A stretch of DNA of 36,124 bases from Helicobacteraceae bacterium (GCA_015488855.1 WFMY01000062.1:1-36124), one strand, 5' to 3'; positions 1-11,092 are shown, numbered from the stretch's first letter. The notes: a model not told the origin generated them from the letters alone. Numbers and translations: made by a program.

Positions 1-44
1 GCAGGACTCAAATGTGGGATGAGAGTGAGTGATTTAGAATGCAT
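1..44 (-). CDS. 5' end of an unidentified gene running off the window (MHSKSLTLIPHLSP...)
   Basis: ATG at 44 on the minus strand, preceded by AAAGAGGTG SD-like sequence; frame open to the window edge; divergent from ispH. Confidence 0.5.
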   Translation of the reverse strand, partial: MHSKSLTLIPHLSP

Positions 45-107
45 AAACACCTCTTTCCCAAATTTTTTTGAATTACTTAAAAAAATAACAAATATAAAGT
101 TTACATT

Positions 108-941
108 ATGAAAATACAATTAGCTGAAAATTACGGATTTTGTTTTGGTGTAAAACGCGCTATAAAAATTGCAGAAGAAAATAAAAATGCTTCAACTTAT
201 GGACCTTTGATACATAACTCTAAAGAGATAGCAAGACTTGATGCTGACTATCAGGTAGGTCTTACGGATGACTATAAAGTTTTTTCTGAGGGGGATAAAG
301 CGATTGTCCGTACACATGGTATCCAAAAAAATGAACTACAAGAACTAAAAAAAAATAATGTTGATGTGGTCGATGCAACTTGCCCCTATGTGACAAAGCC
401 TCAAGAGATAGCCCAAGAGATGAGTGAAGCTGGATATAGTGTTGTCATCTTTGGGGATGAGGCACATCCAGAGATCAAAGGTGTCAAGTCTTATGCGACG
501 CATGGTGCTTTAGTGGTTACATCTTCAAAAGATTTGATAAGCATAAAACTTAAAGAAAAGATAGCGCTCATCGCTCAAACAACAAGAAAAGTTGAAGATT
601 ATATAGAGGTTGCAAACTATCTCATTCCTCGCCATAAAGAGGTTCGAGTCTTTAACACTATCTGTAATGCAACATTTGAAAATCAAGAAGCTGTACTCAA
701 CCTTTCAAAACAAGCAGATATCATGCTTATTATTGGTGGAAAAAATTCTTCAAATACAAAACAACTTTTTAGTATCTCTTGTGATAATTGTCAAGATAGT
801 TACCACATAGAAGATGAAAATGATTTGGACTATAATTGGTTTAAAAGTAAAGAATTTTGCGGTATCAGTGCTGGAGCTTCTACCCCTGATTGGATTATCC
901 AAAATGTTGTGAATGCAATAGAATCAAAGATTAATAAGTAA
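108..941 (+). CDS. ispH: 4-hydroxy-3-methylbut-2-enyl diphosphate reductase
   Basis: GFCFGVKRA, DATCP, TICNAT and GASTP motifs; upstream of rpsA as in other Campylobacterota. Confidence 0.97.
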   Translation: MKIQLAENYGFCFGVKRAIKIAEENKNASTYGPLIHNSKEIARLDADYQVGLTDDYKVFSEGDKAIVRTHGIQKNELQELKKNNVDVVDATCPYVTKPQEIAQEMSEAGYSVVIFGDEAHPEIKGVKSYATHGALVVTSSKDLISIKLKEKIALIAQTTRKVEDYIEVANYLIPRHKEVRVFNTICNATFENQEAVLNLSKQADIMLIIGGKNSSNTKQLFSISCDNCQDSYHIEDENDLDYNWFKSKEFCGISAGASTPDWIIQNVVNAIESKINK

Positions 942-1028
942 ATTTTTTACGAATATCTCTCTAAATTAATACTCCTATAATCAAAAATCGTGTATAATCA
1001 CGCAATTTTTAATACAGAGGTACAGGTA

Positions 1029-2687
1029 ATGGCGTTCGATAACGAATCATTTGAAGAAGAAGAAAATTTTGCAGAGATGTTTGCAGCGAGTGAAAAAAAG
1101 CAAGAGACAAGCCGTATAGTTGAGGGTGAAATTGTTGAAATGCAAGCCGAAGATAACCGAGCATTAGTGGGTGTTGGCGACAAGTTGGAAGGTATCTTAA
1201 ACCTTGATGAAATCCGTGATGAGTCTGGTGCACTGAAGTTTGCTACTGGGGACAAAATCAAAGTAATGATTATAGGATACTACAATGAGCGTCCTAAAAT
1301 TTCATATAAAAAAGTTTTAGAGCAAGAAAAAACTATTGAGTTTATTGATGCACATAAAGAAGACTTTGAGGATTTAATCATTGAAGGTATCATCACTAAG
1401 AAAAACCGTGGTGGATATGTAGTAGAAGCTGATACGGTTTCTTTCTTTATGCCTCGCTCATTAGCAGCATTTAAAGATACTGATGATGTCATAGGTCGTA
1501 AGATTAAAGCACAAGTTATCAAAGTAGATGAAAAAGAAAGCTCTATTGTCGTTTCTCGTCGTAAACTTTTCAATGAAGAGCGTAAGCGTAAAAAAGAGAT
1601 CATTGACAAATTAATGGAAGAAGATACTATCGTTGAGGGTACTATCAAGAAAATTACTTCTTATGGTATGTTCGTTGATGTTGGTGGAGCCGATGGTCTT
1701 GTTCACTACAATGAGATCTCTTATAAAGGTCCAGTAAACCCTTCAAAGCTTTACGAAGAGGGAGATGTTGTCGCTGTTAAAGCTATCTCTTATGATAAAG
1801 ACAAACGCCATCTTTCACTTTCTATCAAAGCTGTTCACTCAGATCCATGGGAAGAGGTTGAATCTGAATTAGATGAAGGTGATACTATCACTGTTACTGT
1901 TTCAAATGTAGAAGCATATGGTGTATTTGTTGATCTTGGAAATGATATCGAAGGTTTCTTACATATCTCAGAAATCTCTTGGAACAAAAATGTTAAAAAT
2001 CCAGGTGACTACTTAGAAGTTGGTCAAGAGATTGATGTTGAAGTTATAGAGATTAACCCACAAACACATAAATTAAGAGTTTCTCTTAAAAAATTACTTC
2101 CAAAACCATTTGATGAGTTTATGAAAAAATATTCTGAAGGTGATATTGTGACTGGAACTATTACATCACTTACTGATTTTGGTGCATTTGTTCGTATTGA
2201 TGGTGTTGAAGGTCTTTTACATAACCAAGATATCTCATGGGATAAAAATACAAAATGTAAAGATGTATTGAAATCTGGCGAAGAGGTTGAAGTGAAGATT
2301 GCTAAAATCAACGAAGAGGATCAAAAGATTTCTCTTAACCGTAAAACTTTATTAGAGTCTCCTATTGATGCTTTTGCAAAAACTCATAAAATAAATACAG
2401 CTATCACTGGAACTATCCGAGATATCAAAGACTTTGGTGTATTTATTTCTCTTGAAGATGGTGTTGATGCACTTATTCGTGATGAAGATTTAACGCCACT
2501 AATAAAAGAGGAGTTAGAATCTGGTCAAGAGATCGAAGCAGCTATCGCTGTTATAGATACTAAGCGTGATCGTATCCGTTTATCTGTAAAAAAATTAGAC
2601 TATATCAAGTCTCAAGCTATGCTTGAAGAGATCAATGATAATGAATCACACTCTTTAGGTGATTTAATAAAAGACAAACTAAAGTAA
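1029..2687 (+). CDS. rpsA: 30S ribosomal protein S1
   Basis: Repeated S1 domains (YGMFVD/GLVH, YGVFVD/GFLH, FGAFV/GLLH). Start moved to ATG 1029 because the ORF-track GTG at 990 abuts a TATAAT box (993-998). Confidence 0.97.
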   Translation: MAFDNESFEEEENFAEMFAASEKKQETSRIVEGEIVEMQAEDNRALVGVGDKLEGILNLDEIRDESGALKFATGDKIKVMIIGYYNERPKISYKKVLEQEKTIEFIDAHKEDFEDLIIEGIITKKNRGGYVVEADTVSFFMPRSLAAFKDTDDVIGRKIKAQVIKVDEKESSIVVSRRKLFNEERKRKKEIIDKLMEEDTIVEGTIKKITSYGMFVDVGGADGLVHYNEISYKGPVNPSKLYEEGDVVAVKAISYDKDKRHLSLSIKAVHSDPWEEVESELDEGDTITVTVSNVEAYGVFVDLGNDIEGFLHISEISWNKNVKNPGDYLEVGQEIDVEVIEINPQTHKLRVSLKKLLPKPFDEFMKKYSEGDIVTGTITSLTDFGAFVRIDGVEGLLHNQDISWDKNTKCKDVLKSGEEVEVKIAKINEEDQKISLNRKTLLESPIDAFAKTHKINTAITGTIRDIKDFGVFISLEDGVDALIRDEDLTPLIKEELESGQEIEAAIAVIDTKRDRIRLSVKKLDYIKSQAMLEEINDNESHSLGDLIKDKLK

Positions 2688-2688
2688 G

Positions 2689-3168
2689 ATGCACACTTTG
2701 TTAAAATGGCTTACTCCTCTCATTGGGATTGGAGTTGCTATTTTTATTGTAATGTTTCTTATAGATATAAACTCTTCAAAAAAGACAAAATATTTAGAAC
2801 CATTTCAGTTAGAAAGTGTAGTTACTCCAAAAGAAAAAAGTAAAATTTGGTTAAACCATTTCTCAGATACACAAAGGTTGGGTTATTTTTATCCTGTGAA
2901 TGAGGTCTATATTCAAACCTCACTCAATGAAAAAATCACAAGTAAAACAATATATAAACTCTCAGCTTCACTTATAGACCCTTATCAGCTTTTTTGTCTC
3001 AAAGAGGAACTAAACCAACATAAATTAAAATACTTTTTAAAACGAGATAAGTTAGGTGTAGAGTTAGATATCTACTCAAAAGATAACAAGAAATTAAACT
3101 CCTTAGTTAAAGTTCTTAAAAATTACCAAATTATAGCGAGCGTAAAGCTATATAAAAAGGATAAATAG
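2689..3168 (+). CDS. membrane-anchored hypothetical protein, conserved position between rpsA and serA
   Basis: N-terminal hydrophobic helix; tightly coupled to neighbours; YQLFCL motif; same position as the uncharacterised gene in the Campylobacter ispH-rpsA-X-serA cluster. Confidence 0.8.
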   Translation: MHTLLKWLTPLIGIGVAIFIVMFLIDINSSKKTKYLEPFQLESVVTPKEKSKIWLNHFSDTQRLGYFYPVNEVYIQTSLNEKITSKTIYKLSASLIDPYQLFCLKEELNQHKLKYFLKRDKLGVELDIYSKDNKKLNSLVKVLKNYQIIASVKLYKKDK

Positions 3169-4758
3169 ATGCAAAAATATACAGTGGTGGTATGTGACCA
3201 TATCCATCAAGCTGGACTTGATATGTTAGAAAATGATGAAAATATCAATTTCATAATGGCAGCAGATGAGCCAAAAGACAAATTAGTAAGTGAGATTATT
3301 CCCAAAGCCGATGTAGCGATAACAAGAAGTTCAACAGATGTTGATGCAAATTTTATCAAATATGCTACAAATATGAAAGCTATTGTTCGTGCTGGTGTTG
3401 GTGTTGACAATGTAGATATTCCAGGATGCTCAAAAGAGGGTATTATTGTTATGAATGTACCTACTGCAAATACTATTGCGGCTGTAGAACTTACTATGAC
3501 TCATATGCTTTCTTGTATGAGAATGTTCCCATATTCTCACAACCATCTTAAGGATGAACGCATTTGGAAGCGTGAAAAATGGTACGGATATGAGCTTAAA
3601 GGTAAAAAACTTGGTATTATTGGCTTTGGTAACATAGGTTCTCGTGTAGCAAAGCGTGCTAAAGCATTTGAGATGGATATTGTTGCATACGATCCTTATA
3701 TCCACCCTTCAAAAGTGACTGACCTAGATATGACTTATACAAAAAACTTTGAAGATATCTTAGCCTGTGATATTATCACTATTCATACACCAAAAAACAA
3801 AGAAACTATTGGTATTGTAGGTAAAGAAGAGATTGCAAAGATGAAAGATGGAGTGGTGCTTGTTAACTGTGCCAGGGGTGATCTCTACAATGAAGAGGCT
3901 CTTTTTGATGGACTTAAATCTGGAAAAATTCGTTTTGCGGGTATTGATGTATTTGGAAAAGAACCAGCTATCAATAATCCTCTTTTAGATTTGGACAATA
4001 TTGTTGTTTCCCCACACCTAGGTGCAAATACTTATGAATCTCAATACAATATCGGTACACAGGCTGCTACCAATGCAATAGAAGCTGCAAAAGGTATAGC
4101 ATATCAAAATGCTATGAATCTTCCTATAGACGAGAGTAAAATACCATCATTTGTAAAACCATTTTTAGAGATGGGTCAAAAGATAGGTTTCTTAGAATCT
4201 CAAATGAATAAAAGTCAAATTATTTCTATCAAAGTGAGTGGATATGGTGAGATATCCCAGTATGTTGATTCACTCTCAACTTTTGTCGCAGTTGGTGCAA
4301 TGAGCGAAACAAGCGGAAGTACCATAAACTATGTGAATGCTGAGTTTGTTGCTAAAGAAAAAGGGATAGATATAGAGGCTGAATCTTGCGTAGACTCTTC
4401 TGTGTATAAAAATTTAATCACTATCAAATTGACAACTGCTGAGGGAACTACCACGATCTCTGCTACTATCTTTGATGATAATGTACAACGCATTGTTGCT
4501 ATTAATGGTTTTGATATTGAAGTAGCGCTTCACGGTGATATGATCATGCTTAAAAATACTGATGTTCCTGGTGTTATTGGAAGTGTTGGTACAATTTTGG
4601 CAAATAACAATGTAAACATCTCTGACTTTTCACTCTCAAGAAATGATCAAGGTGAAGCACTTGCTGTAATCCTTATTGATGGTGCTGTGCATGAAAATAC
4701 TATGAGTGCTTTAGATGCACTTGATGCGACCATCACTGTCAATTACGCAAAAATTTAG
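3169..4758 (+). CDS. serA: D-3-phosphoglycerate dehydrogenase
   Basis: RAGVGVDN, GIIGFGNIG Rossmann motif, NCARG, PHLGA, C-terminal ACT domain (DVPGVIG). Confidence 0.96.
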   Translation: MQKYTVVVCDHIHQAGLDMLENDENINFIMAADEPKDKLVSEIIPKADVAITRSSTDVDANFIKYATNMKAIVRAGVGVDNVDIPGCSKEGIIVMNVPTANTIAAVELTMTHMLSCMRMFPYSHNHLKDERIWKREKWYGYELKGKKLGIIGFGNIGSRVAKRAKAFEMDIVAYDPYIHPSKVTDLDMTYTKNFEDILACDIITIHTPKNKETIGIVGKEEIAKMKDGVVLVNCARGDLYNEEALFDGLKSGKIRFAGIDVFGKEPAINNPLLDLDNIVVSPHLGANTYESQYNIGTQAATNAIEAAKGIAYQNAMNLPIDESKIPSFVKPFLEMGQKIGFLESQMNKSQIISIKVSGYGEISQYVDSLSTFVAVGAMSETSGSTINYVNAEFVAKEKGIDIEAESCVDSSVYKNLITIKLTTAEGTTTISATIFDDNVQRIVAINGFDIEVALHGDMIMLKNTDVPGVIGSVGTILANNNVNISDFSLSRNDQGEALAVILIDGAVHENTMSALDALDATITVNYAKI

Positions 4759-4792
4759 ATTAATCTCTTTTTAGCTTATCAGTTAAGAAAAT

Positions 4793-4828
4793 AAAGCTCC
4801 AACCTCAAGAAAGAGGCAAGGAGCTTTT
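4793..4828. terminator. probable bidirectional intrinsic terminator between convergent genes
   Basis: AAAGCTCC..CCTC-AAGAAA-GAGG..GGAGCTTTT hairpin flanked by A and T runs. Confidence 0.7.
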
Positions 4829-6067
4829 CTAATCAATATAACTCTTTTTCATCTGTGCTCGTTTTGTCAACTCTTGAACACTTGGGGATAAACCCTCGTT
4901 TGTTATGTGAAAATGCTCGTGCAGTTTTTCTAAAGATTTATCTATCTTATCTGTAAGAGTGATGATAAGAGAGTCCATCTCTTTTTTTACACTACCTATC
5001 TCATCCCCCTGAGACCTTTTTAACTCTCTTGCTAAATTTGTGAGTTCTGATTGTGATTTTACATAGTCACTTTTTATCGACTCTATCTCAATCATAAGAG
5101 ATTTCATTTTTGTATAGAGGTCATATATGGAACTATTTTGTTCTTCGATTTCATTCATTTTATGAGAGGAGAGCGACATTTGAGTCATCAACATCTCACT
5201 TTCATTTTTTATAGAAAGGATTTTTGCATCACTTTCTAAAAGGGAGGTATTGAGACTTTCCGAATGGGATTTTAAAGATAAAAGTGCATCTTCAAATGTT
5301 GATGAGACATTCATAAGTTTACTCATCGTATTTGAAACGATTGCATCAGAAATATCTGCTGAAAGAGTCCCCATCTTAATCATACTTGATTTTACTTCTT
5401 CTAAGTCTTGTGACATGTCGGTTCTACTATCGACTGCTCTTTGAAGTATGTTTGTTAATTTATTATAATGATCTTGCTCTGAGACCCTCAGTATATCTAT
5501 ATGCTTATGAACAACTTCATCAAAGGCTGGCATCTGCACACTTGAAAAATTTTCAAAAGCCTGAGAAACTCCCTTACTCCATCGCTCTATCTCATCAAAC
5601 TTATCTAAAAATTTATTTTGATTTATTTTAATCACATCAAGTGCTTTAATATCTTCTTTAAATTGTTCACGAATATCTTTTTGAGATTCTAGATTCAACT
5701 TTTGGGAGGTGCTTAACTTAATTTCAAGCTCTGAAGTGTAGCGTTTAAGCTGTGTTATTTGCTCTATAAGTTCTTTTGTAAATTGGTGCTGAACCTTTTT
5801 TTGTTCTGACTCTACTGCTTGATGCATTATATTCATCATAACGAACAAAATCAAAGAGACCAGTATAGGAAAAGATGCTTCTCGTAAGAGTAAAACAAAA
5901 TCTTGATGATCAGGATTGATGATAAAATGCACAATACTACTCACAATACCTATCCCGATCATAAGTGGTGCATAGTTAATCTTACTCGGTTGTTTTAAAA
6001 TAGATATCTGTCTTAAAAAGAGCACAGACATAAATGCAAAAGATACCAATAAGTCATTATCAAACAC
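4829..6067 (-). CDS. hypothetical protein with ~3 N-terminal TM helices and a long coiled-coil region
   Basis: 412-aa ORF, GTG start with GAGGGA SD; hydrophobic first ~80 aa, then heptad-like E/K/S/L-rich sequence. Confidence 0.8.
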   Translation of the reverse strand: MFDNDLLVSFAFMSVLFLRQISILKQPSKINYAPLMIGIGIVSSIVHFIINPDHQDFVLLLREASFPILVSLILFVMMNIMHQAVESEQKKVQHQFTKELIEQITQLKRYTSELEIKLSTSQKLNLESQKDIREQFKEDIKALDVIKINQNKFLDKFDEIERWSKGVSQAFENFSSVQMPAFDEVVHKHIDILRVSEQDHYNKLTNILQRAVDSRTDMSQDLEEVKSSMIKMGTLSADISDAIVSNTMSKLMNVSSTFEDALLSLKSHSESLNTSLLESDAKILSIKNESEMLMTQMSLSSHKMNEIEEQNSSIYDLYTKMKSLMIEIESIKSDYVKSQSELTNLARELKRSQGDEIGSVKKEMDSLIITLTDKIDKSLEKLHEHFHITNEGLSPSVQELTKRAQMKKSYID

Positions 6068-6142
6068 AGTAAGTCCCTCTAAGCAAAATTATTTGCTTAT
6101 TTTATCATAAAACCATGTATAATATAACAAAGGATTACTATT

Positions 6143-7594
6143 ATGCAAAAAAGAACTAAAATACTAGCTACCATTGGTCCCGCTTCTGATTCATTGGAGT
6201 CAATTATCAGACTTATCGATGCTGGGGTCAATGTATTTCGTTTAAACTTCTCTCACTCTACCCATGAGTATCACTCGCAAACACTTTCTCGGATAAATGA
6301 AGCAATGCAAAAAACCCATAAAATAGTAGGCATACTTCAAGACATCAGTGGTCCAAAAGTAAGAGTTGGAGAACTTAGCAATGATTTCACCCTCAAAGCA
6401 AATGATAAGGTTGAGTTCGTACAAGAGAGCATCCTCGGTGTACAAGTAGATGATGCACACTATAAACTAAGCATTAACCAACCAAGCATACTCAAACAAC
6501 TAGCACTTGATGATTATATCTATATGTACGATGGCATCATTCGCTCAAAGGTGATTGAGGTAAAACAAAATAGCGTTGTTGTAGAAGTAGAAAATGACGG
6601 CATTCTCAGCTCAAAAAAAGGGGTCAACTTTCCAAATACAGAACTAGGCATAGATGTTATCACTCCAAAAGATAAAAAAGATATGCTTTGGGGTGTAAAA
6701 AATCAAGTTGACTTTATGGCAATCTCTTTTGTGCAAAAGGCACAGGATATGATACAGGCAAGACAAATCATTCAAGAATATGGTGGAGATACAAAACTCA
6801 TAGCGAAGATAGAAAAATTTGATGCACTCAAAGATATAGACAACATTCTGCAAGTGAGTGATGGGCTAATGGTCGCCCGTGGTGACTTAGGGATAGAGAT
6901 ACCCTACTATGATGTCCCAAGCGTTCAGAAGATGCTCATCAAAAAAGCAAATAAAGCAGCGAAACCTGTTATCACAGCAACTCAAATGCTCCTCTCCATG
7001 ACAAAAAATGACACAGCAACACGAGCTGAGATCAGTGATATTGCCAATGCTGTACTTGATGGCACAGATGCAGTAATGCTCTCAGAGGAGAGTGCAGTTG
7101 GACACAACCCTACTCTTGCAGTCCAAACAATGTGCAATACTATCATAGGGATAGAAAAAAATTACCCATATTTTCAATACGCAGATTTCACCTGCAATGA
7201 TAGGTCAGACAATATCAATGAAGTTGCTGTCAGACTAAGCGACACCCTGCACACAGATGGACTTCTAAGCATCACATCTTCAGGAGAATCTGCTAAAAAA
7301 ATCGCAAGATATAAACCAAAATGCCTTATCTACGCAGTTACGCATACAAAGAAAACGGCACGCCACCTCACCCTATCTTGGGGGATAGAGCCAAGTTTCA
7401 ATGTAAACGATGAGAGTTTAGGGATGATGATGTCTGATATGATGGAGCAAGGGCTTAAAAGTGGTATCTTAAATCTAAAATCTCAGTATATTCTAACAGC
7501 TGGCGACCCAGTTGGGGTCAGTGGTTCTACAAATATGATAAGAATCATAGGGGCACATGAGATAGAATTTTTCAGATCCCTACGATGGAAATAA
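6143..7594 (+). CDS. pyk: pyruvate kinase
   Basis: TKILATIGPAS, RLNFSH, AKIEK, MVARGDLG, TATQML, DAVMLSEESA motifs. Confidence 0.97.
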   Translation: MQKRTKILATIGPASDSLESIIRLIDAGVNVFRLNFSHSTHEYHSQTLSRINEAMQKTHKIVGILQDISGPKVRVGELSNDFTLKANDKVEFVQESILGVQVDDAHYKLSINQPSILKQLALDDYIYMYDGIIRSKVIEVKQNSVVVEVENDGILSSKKGVNFPNTELGIDVITPKDKKDMLWGVKNQVDFMAISFVQKAQDMIQARQIIQEYGGDTKLIAKIEKFDALKDIDNILQVSDGLMVARGDLGIEIPYYDVPSVQKMLIKKANKAAKPVITATQMLLSMTKNDTATRAEISDIANAVLDGTDAVMLSEESAVGHNPTLAVQTMCNTIIGIEKNYPYFQYADFTCNDRSDNINEVAVRLSDTLHTDGLLSITSSGESAKKIARYKPKCLIYAVTHTKKTARHLTLSWGIEPSFNVNDESLGMMMSDMMEQGLKSGILNLKSQYILTAGDPVGVSGSTNMIRIIGAHEIEFFRSLRWK

Positions 7595-8204
7595 TCTCTT
7601 TTGGATCTGCTATGCTCACAAGATGCTCAGATTGAGGTGAAAATCCCCAAGTAGCAAAGATAGCCTCAATCCTAGCATTGGATGCACTGAGCATATCTTT
7701 TGAATTGTCTCCAACCATCCAGGCTTTATCTTGAGTTCTATCATAATGATAATGCTTTAAAATGACTTGCAACATTTCTGGATCGGGCTTAGATGCTTTT
7801 ACCTTGTCTGCACCTATGATAACATCAAACATATCTTCGACACCAAGTTGAGTCAACATTCGCACTGCAAACTGAGTTGGGGCATTGGTAGCTACTGAGA
7901 TCTTTACCCCTGCAGACACTAAACTCATTAAGGTCTCTCTCACCCCATCATATAGATAAGGATTTTGGATACATTGTTTTGCATAATGCTCTTCAAACAT
8001 ATCCCTATCTTTTTGCTCATAACTCTTCGTCCCATAAAAAAGAGATGGCAAATCACGCACTTCCATGTTGATGCACTCAACAACAAACTCTTCACTGAGT
8101 GCATCTAAATTATGATTGGTTTTTCTGATATAATTGATGGAAATTGCCAAATCTTTTTTTGAGTCGATAAGTGTTCCATCCATATCAAAGATAACTATCT
8201 TCAT
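7572..8204 (-). CDS. HAD-family hydrolase, phosphoglycolate phosphatase-like
   Basis: FDMDGTLIDS motif I, ATN, KPDP and VGDN motifs. Confidence 0.88.
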   Translation of the reverse strand: MKIVIFDMDGTLIDSKKDLAISINYIRKTNHNLDALSEEFVVECINMEVRDLPSLFYGTKSYEQKDRDMFEEHYAKQCIQNPYLYDGVRETLMSLVSAGVKISVATNAPTQFAVRMLTQLGVEDMFDVIIGADKVKASKPDPEMLQVILKHYHYDRTQDKAWMVGDNSKDMLSASNARIEAIFATWGFSPQSEHLVSIADPKEIISIVGI

Positions 8205-8206
8205 CT

Positions 8207-9157
8207 CTAACGCATCTTTGTGTATATTTCTTGAAGTGCATCTACAAAGAGATCACTATCATTTGGACAGCTAGATACACGGTATTCTCTAAAGCCCAAC
8301 TTCTCTGCTATCTCCCTATACTCTATCTCAAGCTCGAAATCAGTTTCAGAGTTGTCTATGGTAAAAGCGAGTGGACAGACAATAATGCCTCTGTTCCTTA
8401 CCACTTTCATCTTCTCCTCAAGAGAAGGTTTAAGCCACTCCAGAGGACCTACTTTGGACTGATAAGCTAAGTGAACTTCATGAAAATCCATCTGTGCATC
8501 TTGCATCTTTTGTTTGAGTATCTCGACATGCTTCTCAATATGTTTTTGATACACATCCCCAGCATCAACTATCTTTTGAGGTAAACCATGAGCAGAAAAG
8601 ATAATATCAAAGTCTCTATAGTCATCTTCTCGTACCTCTTCTTTGATATGTTCTAAAAGTGCTTTGTTATAAGAGTCATTTTCAAAGAAATGTTTTATCT
8701 CTACAACTACAGCATCGCCTTTAGAGTTATGGTAATGCTCCTCAAAATCTTCAAGTGATGACTTTGTGGTAGTTGTAGATTGCTGAGGATAAAGGGGTAT
8801 AAGATAGATTTTTCCTATATCTTGTTCGTTCAATCTTTCTATCACTTCCTTTGCAAATGGTGGCGTATAGCGCATCACAAAGTCAACTATAACATTTTCA
8901 CCTAGTCGCTTTTGAAGTTTAGCAACGAGTGATTTTGTATGCCCAACTATGGGTGACTTTCCACCAAGTTGTCTGTAGATCTCTTGAGAACTCTCTGTCC
9001 GATTAAAGACTATGAGACCACCTATTACTTTTCTCAACAAATCACTTTTCATAGTCAATATATTTTTATCACTAAACATATTTTTTAAAAAAAGTTCCAC
9101 TTCATCTAGGTTGTTTGGTCCACCCATATTTAAGAGTATTACAGCTTCTTTTGCCAT
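8207..9157 (-). CDS. hemH: ferrochelatase
   Basis: LLNMGGP, MRY, PLYPQ, FSAHGLP, YQSKVGP, DNSET motifs; start at ATG 9157 has an AAGGGG SD. Confidence 0.95.
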   Translation of the reverse strand: MAKEAVILLNMGGPNNLDEVELFLKNMFSDKNILTMKSDLLRKVIGGLIVFNRTESSQEIYRQLGGKSPIVGHTKSLVAKLQKRLGENVIVDFVMRYTPPFAKEVIERLNEQDIGKIYLIPLYPQQSTTTTKSSLEDFEEHYHNSKGDAVVVEIKHFFENDSYNKALLEHIKEEVREDDYRDFDIIFSAHGLPQKIVDAGDVYQKHIEKHVEILKQKMQDAQMDFHEVHLAYQSKVGPLEWLKPSLEEKMKVVRNRGIIVCPLAFTIDNSETDFELEIEYREIAEKLGFREYRVSSCPNDSDLFVDALQEIYTKMR

Positions 9158-9364
9158 TACAGTCTTCCCCTTATTTATTTTGAAATCTTTCATTATTTTA
9201 CATTAGCAATATTTTTAGATGGAATAAGTTTATTATAAAAATCTAAGTTTCTAAGAGTAATATTATATCGAAATATCGTTAAAAAAATGTGATTGTTAAA
9301 ATGGCAAAATTACTCTCTTTGTCTGTGGTAATGGAGGAGGTAGCCCTCCATTAAAAAAGAAGAT

Positions 9365-9405
9365 AAAAAAAGAGGACAATTTTTAAATAAAGAATTTTCC
9401 TCTTT
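9365..9405 (-). terminator. intrinsic terminator on the minus strand
   Basis: Minus strand reads AAAGAGGA...TCCTCTTT followed by a T run. Confidence 0.55.
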
Positions 9406-9667
9406 AAGTGTTGAAGTGGCACCAAGTGAAAAGCTTGTTGCATAAGTAAATAAAGGCTTAGTTTCTAATAAGTTTCCTGTATTTAGGAAATTAAGTGAAG
9501 TTTAGTGTCCGATTTTGGTGACTTATTTTAGCTATTACCTAGAATCCAAGCATCATGAAGAAGATAAAAATGCAAGTTTTCTAAAATAAATCAATCAACA
9601 TTTATGAAGATGAATGTAATACCCCAATAAGCAATAACTCAAGAGGAGGAGAGAAGGATTACATATA

Positions 9668-11092
9668 TCAATGTACTTCATCTATCATAGCTTCTGCTAA
9701 AACAAAAAGTTCACTACTTGCTTGCTCCATTGCTGTAAAGTCTTTTATTATTATATCTTTATTGATAACACAACTATCTGTTCCATCTACAAACTTCATA
9801 ACAGCTATTACATTATTGTGCACAATGGCATGTGGTTTCTCTATCTGTTTATAGCTTGGAGTATCTCCAAACATCTCTTTACCCTCACCCTCATACCATT
9901 TTCCAAAACGGCAATCATGATGATTTCCAAAGTCTGATATAGTTTTGCCAAGGTTTATAGAAGTGTATGCATTGGTTTTAAATAAAATGTGGTCTATCAT
10001 GATAAGATTTACAAAGATACGACTCTGAATTCCTTGAATATCATTGTCTATAGTCTCATTTGTATCGCGGAGTTCATTCATGCTATCACCAAATGTAGCC
10101 ATAAGGTCACCAAACTCTTTGACAACATCTCGCATGGATTCTGAACTTTGGCTCATCTCTGTACTCTCTTGTTGGAGTACTTGCACTGTTGCTTTTATCT
10201 CACCTGTCGCTTTTTGCGTTCTCTCTGCGAGTTTTCTTACCTCATCAGCAACCACAGCAAAACCTCGTCCATGTTCACCTGCTCGAGCTGCTTCTATAGC
10301 TGCATTTAAGGCAAGTAGGTTGGTTTGATCAGATATGTCACTTATAAGGTTTATAACCTCTGTTATCTCTTTCGTTCTATCCTCAAGTGAAAGTGTTGAT
10401 TGGGCATTGGAGTCCAAAAGTTCATTAAGTCCTGAGAGTTTTTCTCCAACCTCTTCTGCTTCTTCTGCCCTCTCTATACTCATTTGTGTTGAGTCTTTCA
10501 CTTTTTGAGAGATAGCATCTAATCGTTGAGTATTGGAACCAAAACTTGTTTGTAAAGAATGTAGTTGTTCACTGTTTTTATTGACCCCACTTAAAGTAGC
10601 ATCCAACTCAGACTTTTGCTGTGCCATATAACTATCATGCATTGCATCAATACTTTTGTTTACATTCTCTCCTGCAAAAGCAAATGCACTATTTAGTCCT
10701 TTAGCATTAAACTTTCTAAAGTACTCATTCTCTGTTGCATATCCCACAGAGGTACCCATTTCTCGCATAAAAGTTTCCATTTGGTCAAGAAGATTGTTGA
10801 TAGAATGGCAGATCAATCCTGCATCCCCTTGGTCAACAATGCCAGTAGCCCTTGCTTCAAGATTTCCTTTTACAGCTTCTCTTAAAACATATATAGAGCT
10901 TTGCATAGAAGATTTAAGTCCTGCTATCGCTTTATTAAAAAATACTGCGACAAGCAGAATAATCCCCAACATAATAGTATCAACCAAACTAAAACCATCA
11001 ATAAAATATTTTATAACATACCCAACAAGAAAAAGGACAAGGATCGAATATCCTAAGGCTACTAACCTAGAAAGATAAGATGAATTTGTCAT
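9668..11092 (-). CDS. methyl-accepting chemotaxis protein, CetA-like, with C-terminal CZB domain
   Basis: Two adjacent TM helices with no periplasmic domain; [34 protein letters not shown] signature; CZB motif [22 protein letters not shown]. Confidence 0.92.
   Translation of the reverse strand: MTNSSYLSRLVALGYSILVLFLVGYVIKYFIDGFSLVDTIMLGIILLVAVFFNKAIAGLKSSMQSSIYVLREAVKGNLEARATGIVDQGDAGLICHSINNLLDQMETFMREMGTSVGYATENEYFRKFNAKGLNSAFAFAGENVNKSIDAMHDSYMAQQKSELDATLSGVNKNSEQLHSLQTSFGSNTQRLDAISQKVKDSTQMSIERAEEAEEVGEKLSGLNELLDSNAQSTLSLEDRTKEITEVINLISDISDQTNLLALNAAIEAARAGEHGRGFAVVADEVRKLAERTQKATGEIKATVQVLQQESTEMSQSSESMRDVVKEFGDLMATFGDSMNELRDTNETIDNDIQGIQSRIFVNLIMIDHILFKTNAYTSINLGKTISDFGNHHDCRFGKWYEGEGKEMFGDTPSYKQIEKPHAIVHNNVIAVMKFVDGTDSCVINKDIIIKDFTAMEQASSELFVLAEAMIDEVH

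Noticed and set aside
7572-7594. 23-nt convergent overlap of pyk and the HAD gene
   Set aside because: Short 3' overlaps are ordinary in compact genomes
9300-9390. Frame reading NGKITLFVCGNGGGS, reminiscent of the GmhA CGNGGS motif, overlapping a TAATGGAGG/CCTCCATTA hairpin
   Set aside because: No start codon and a very short match; the hairpin has no correctly placed U-tract; cannot assign gene or RNA status
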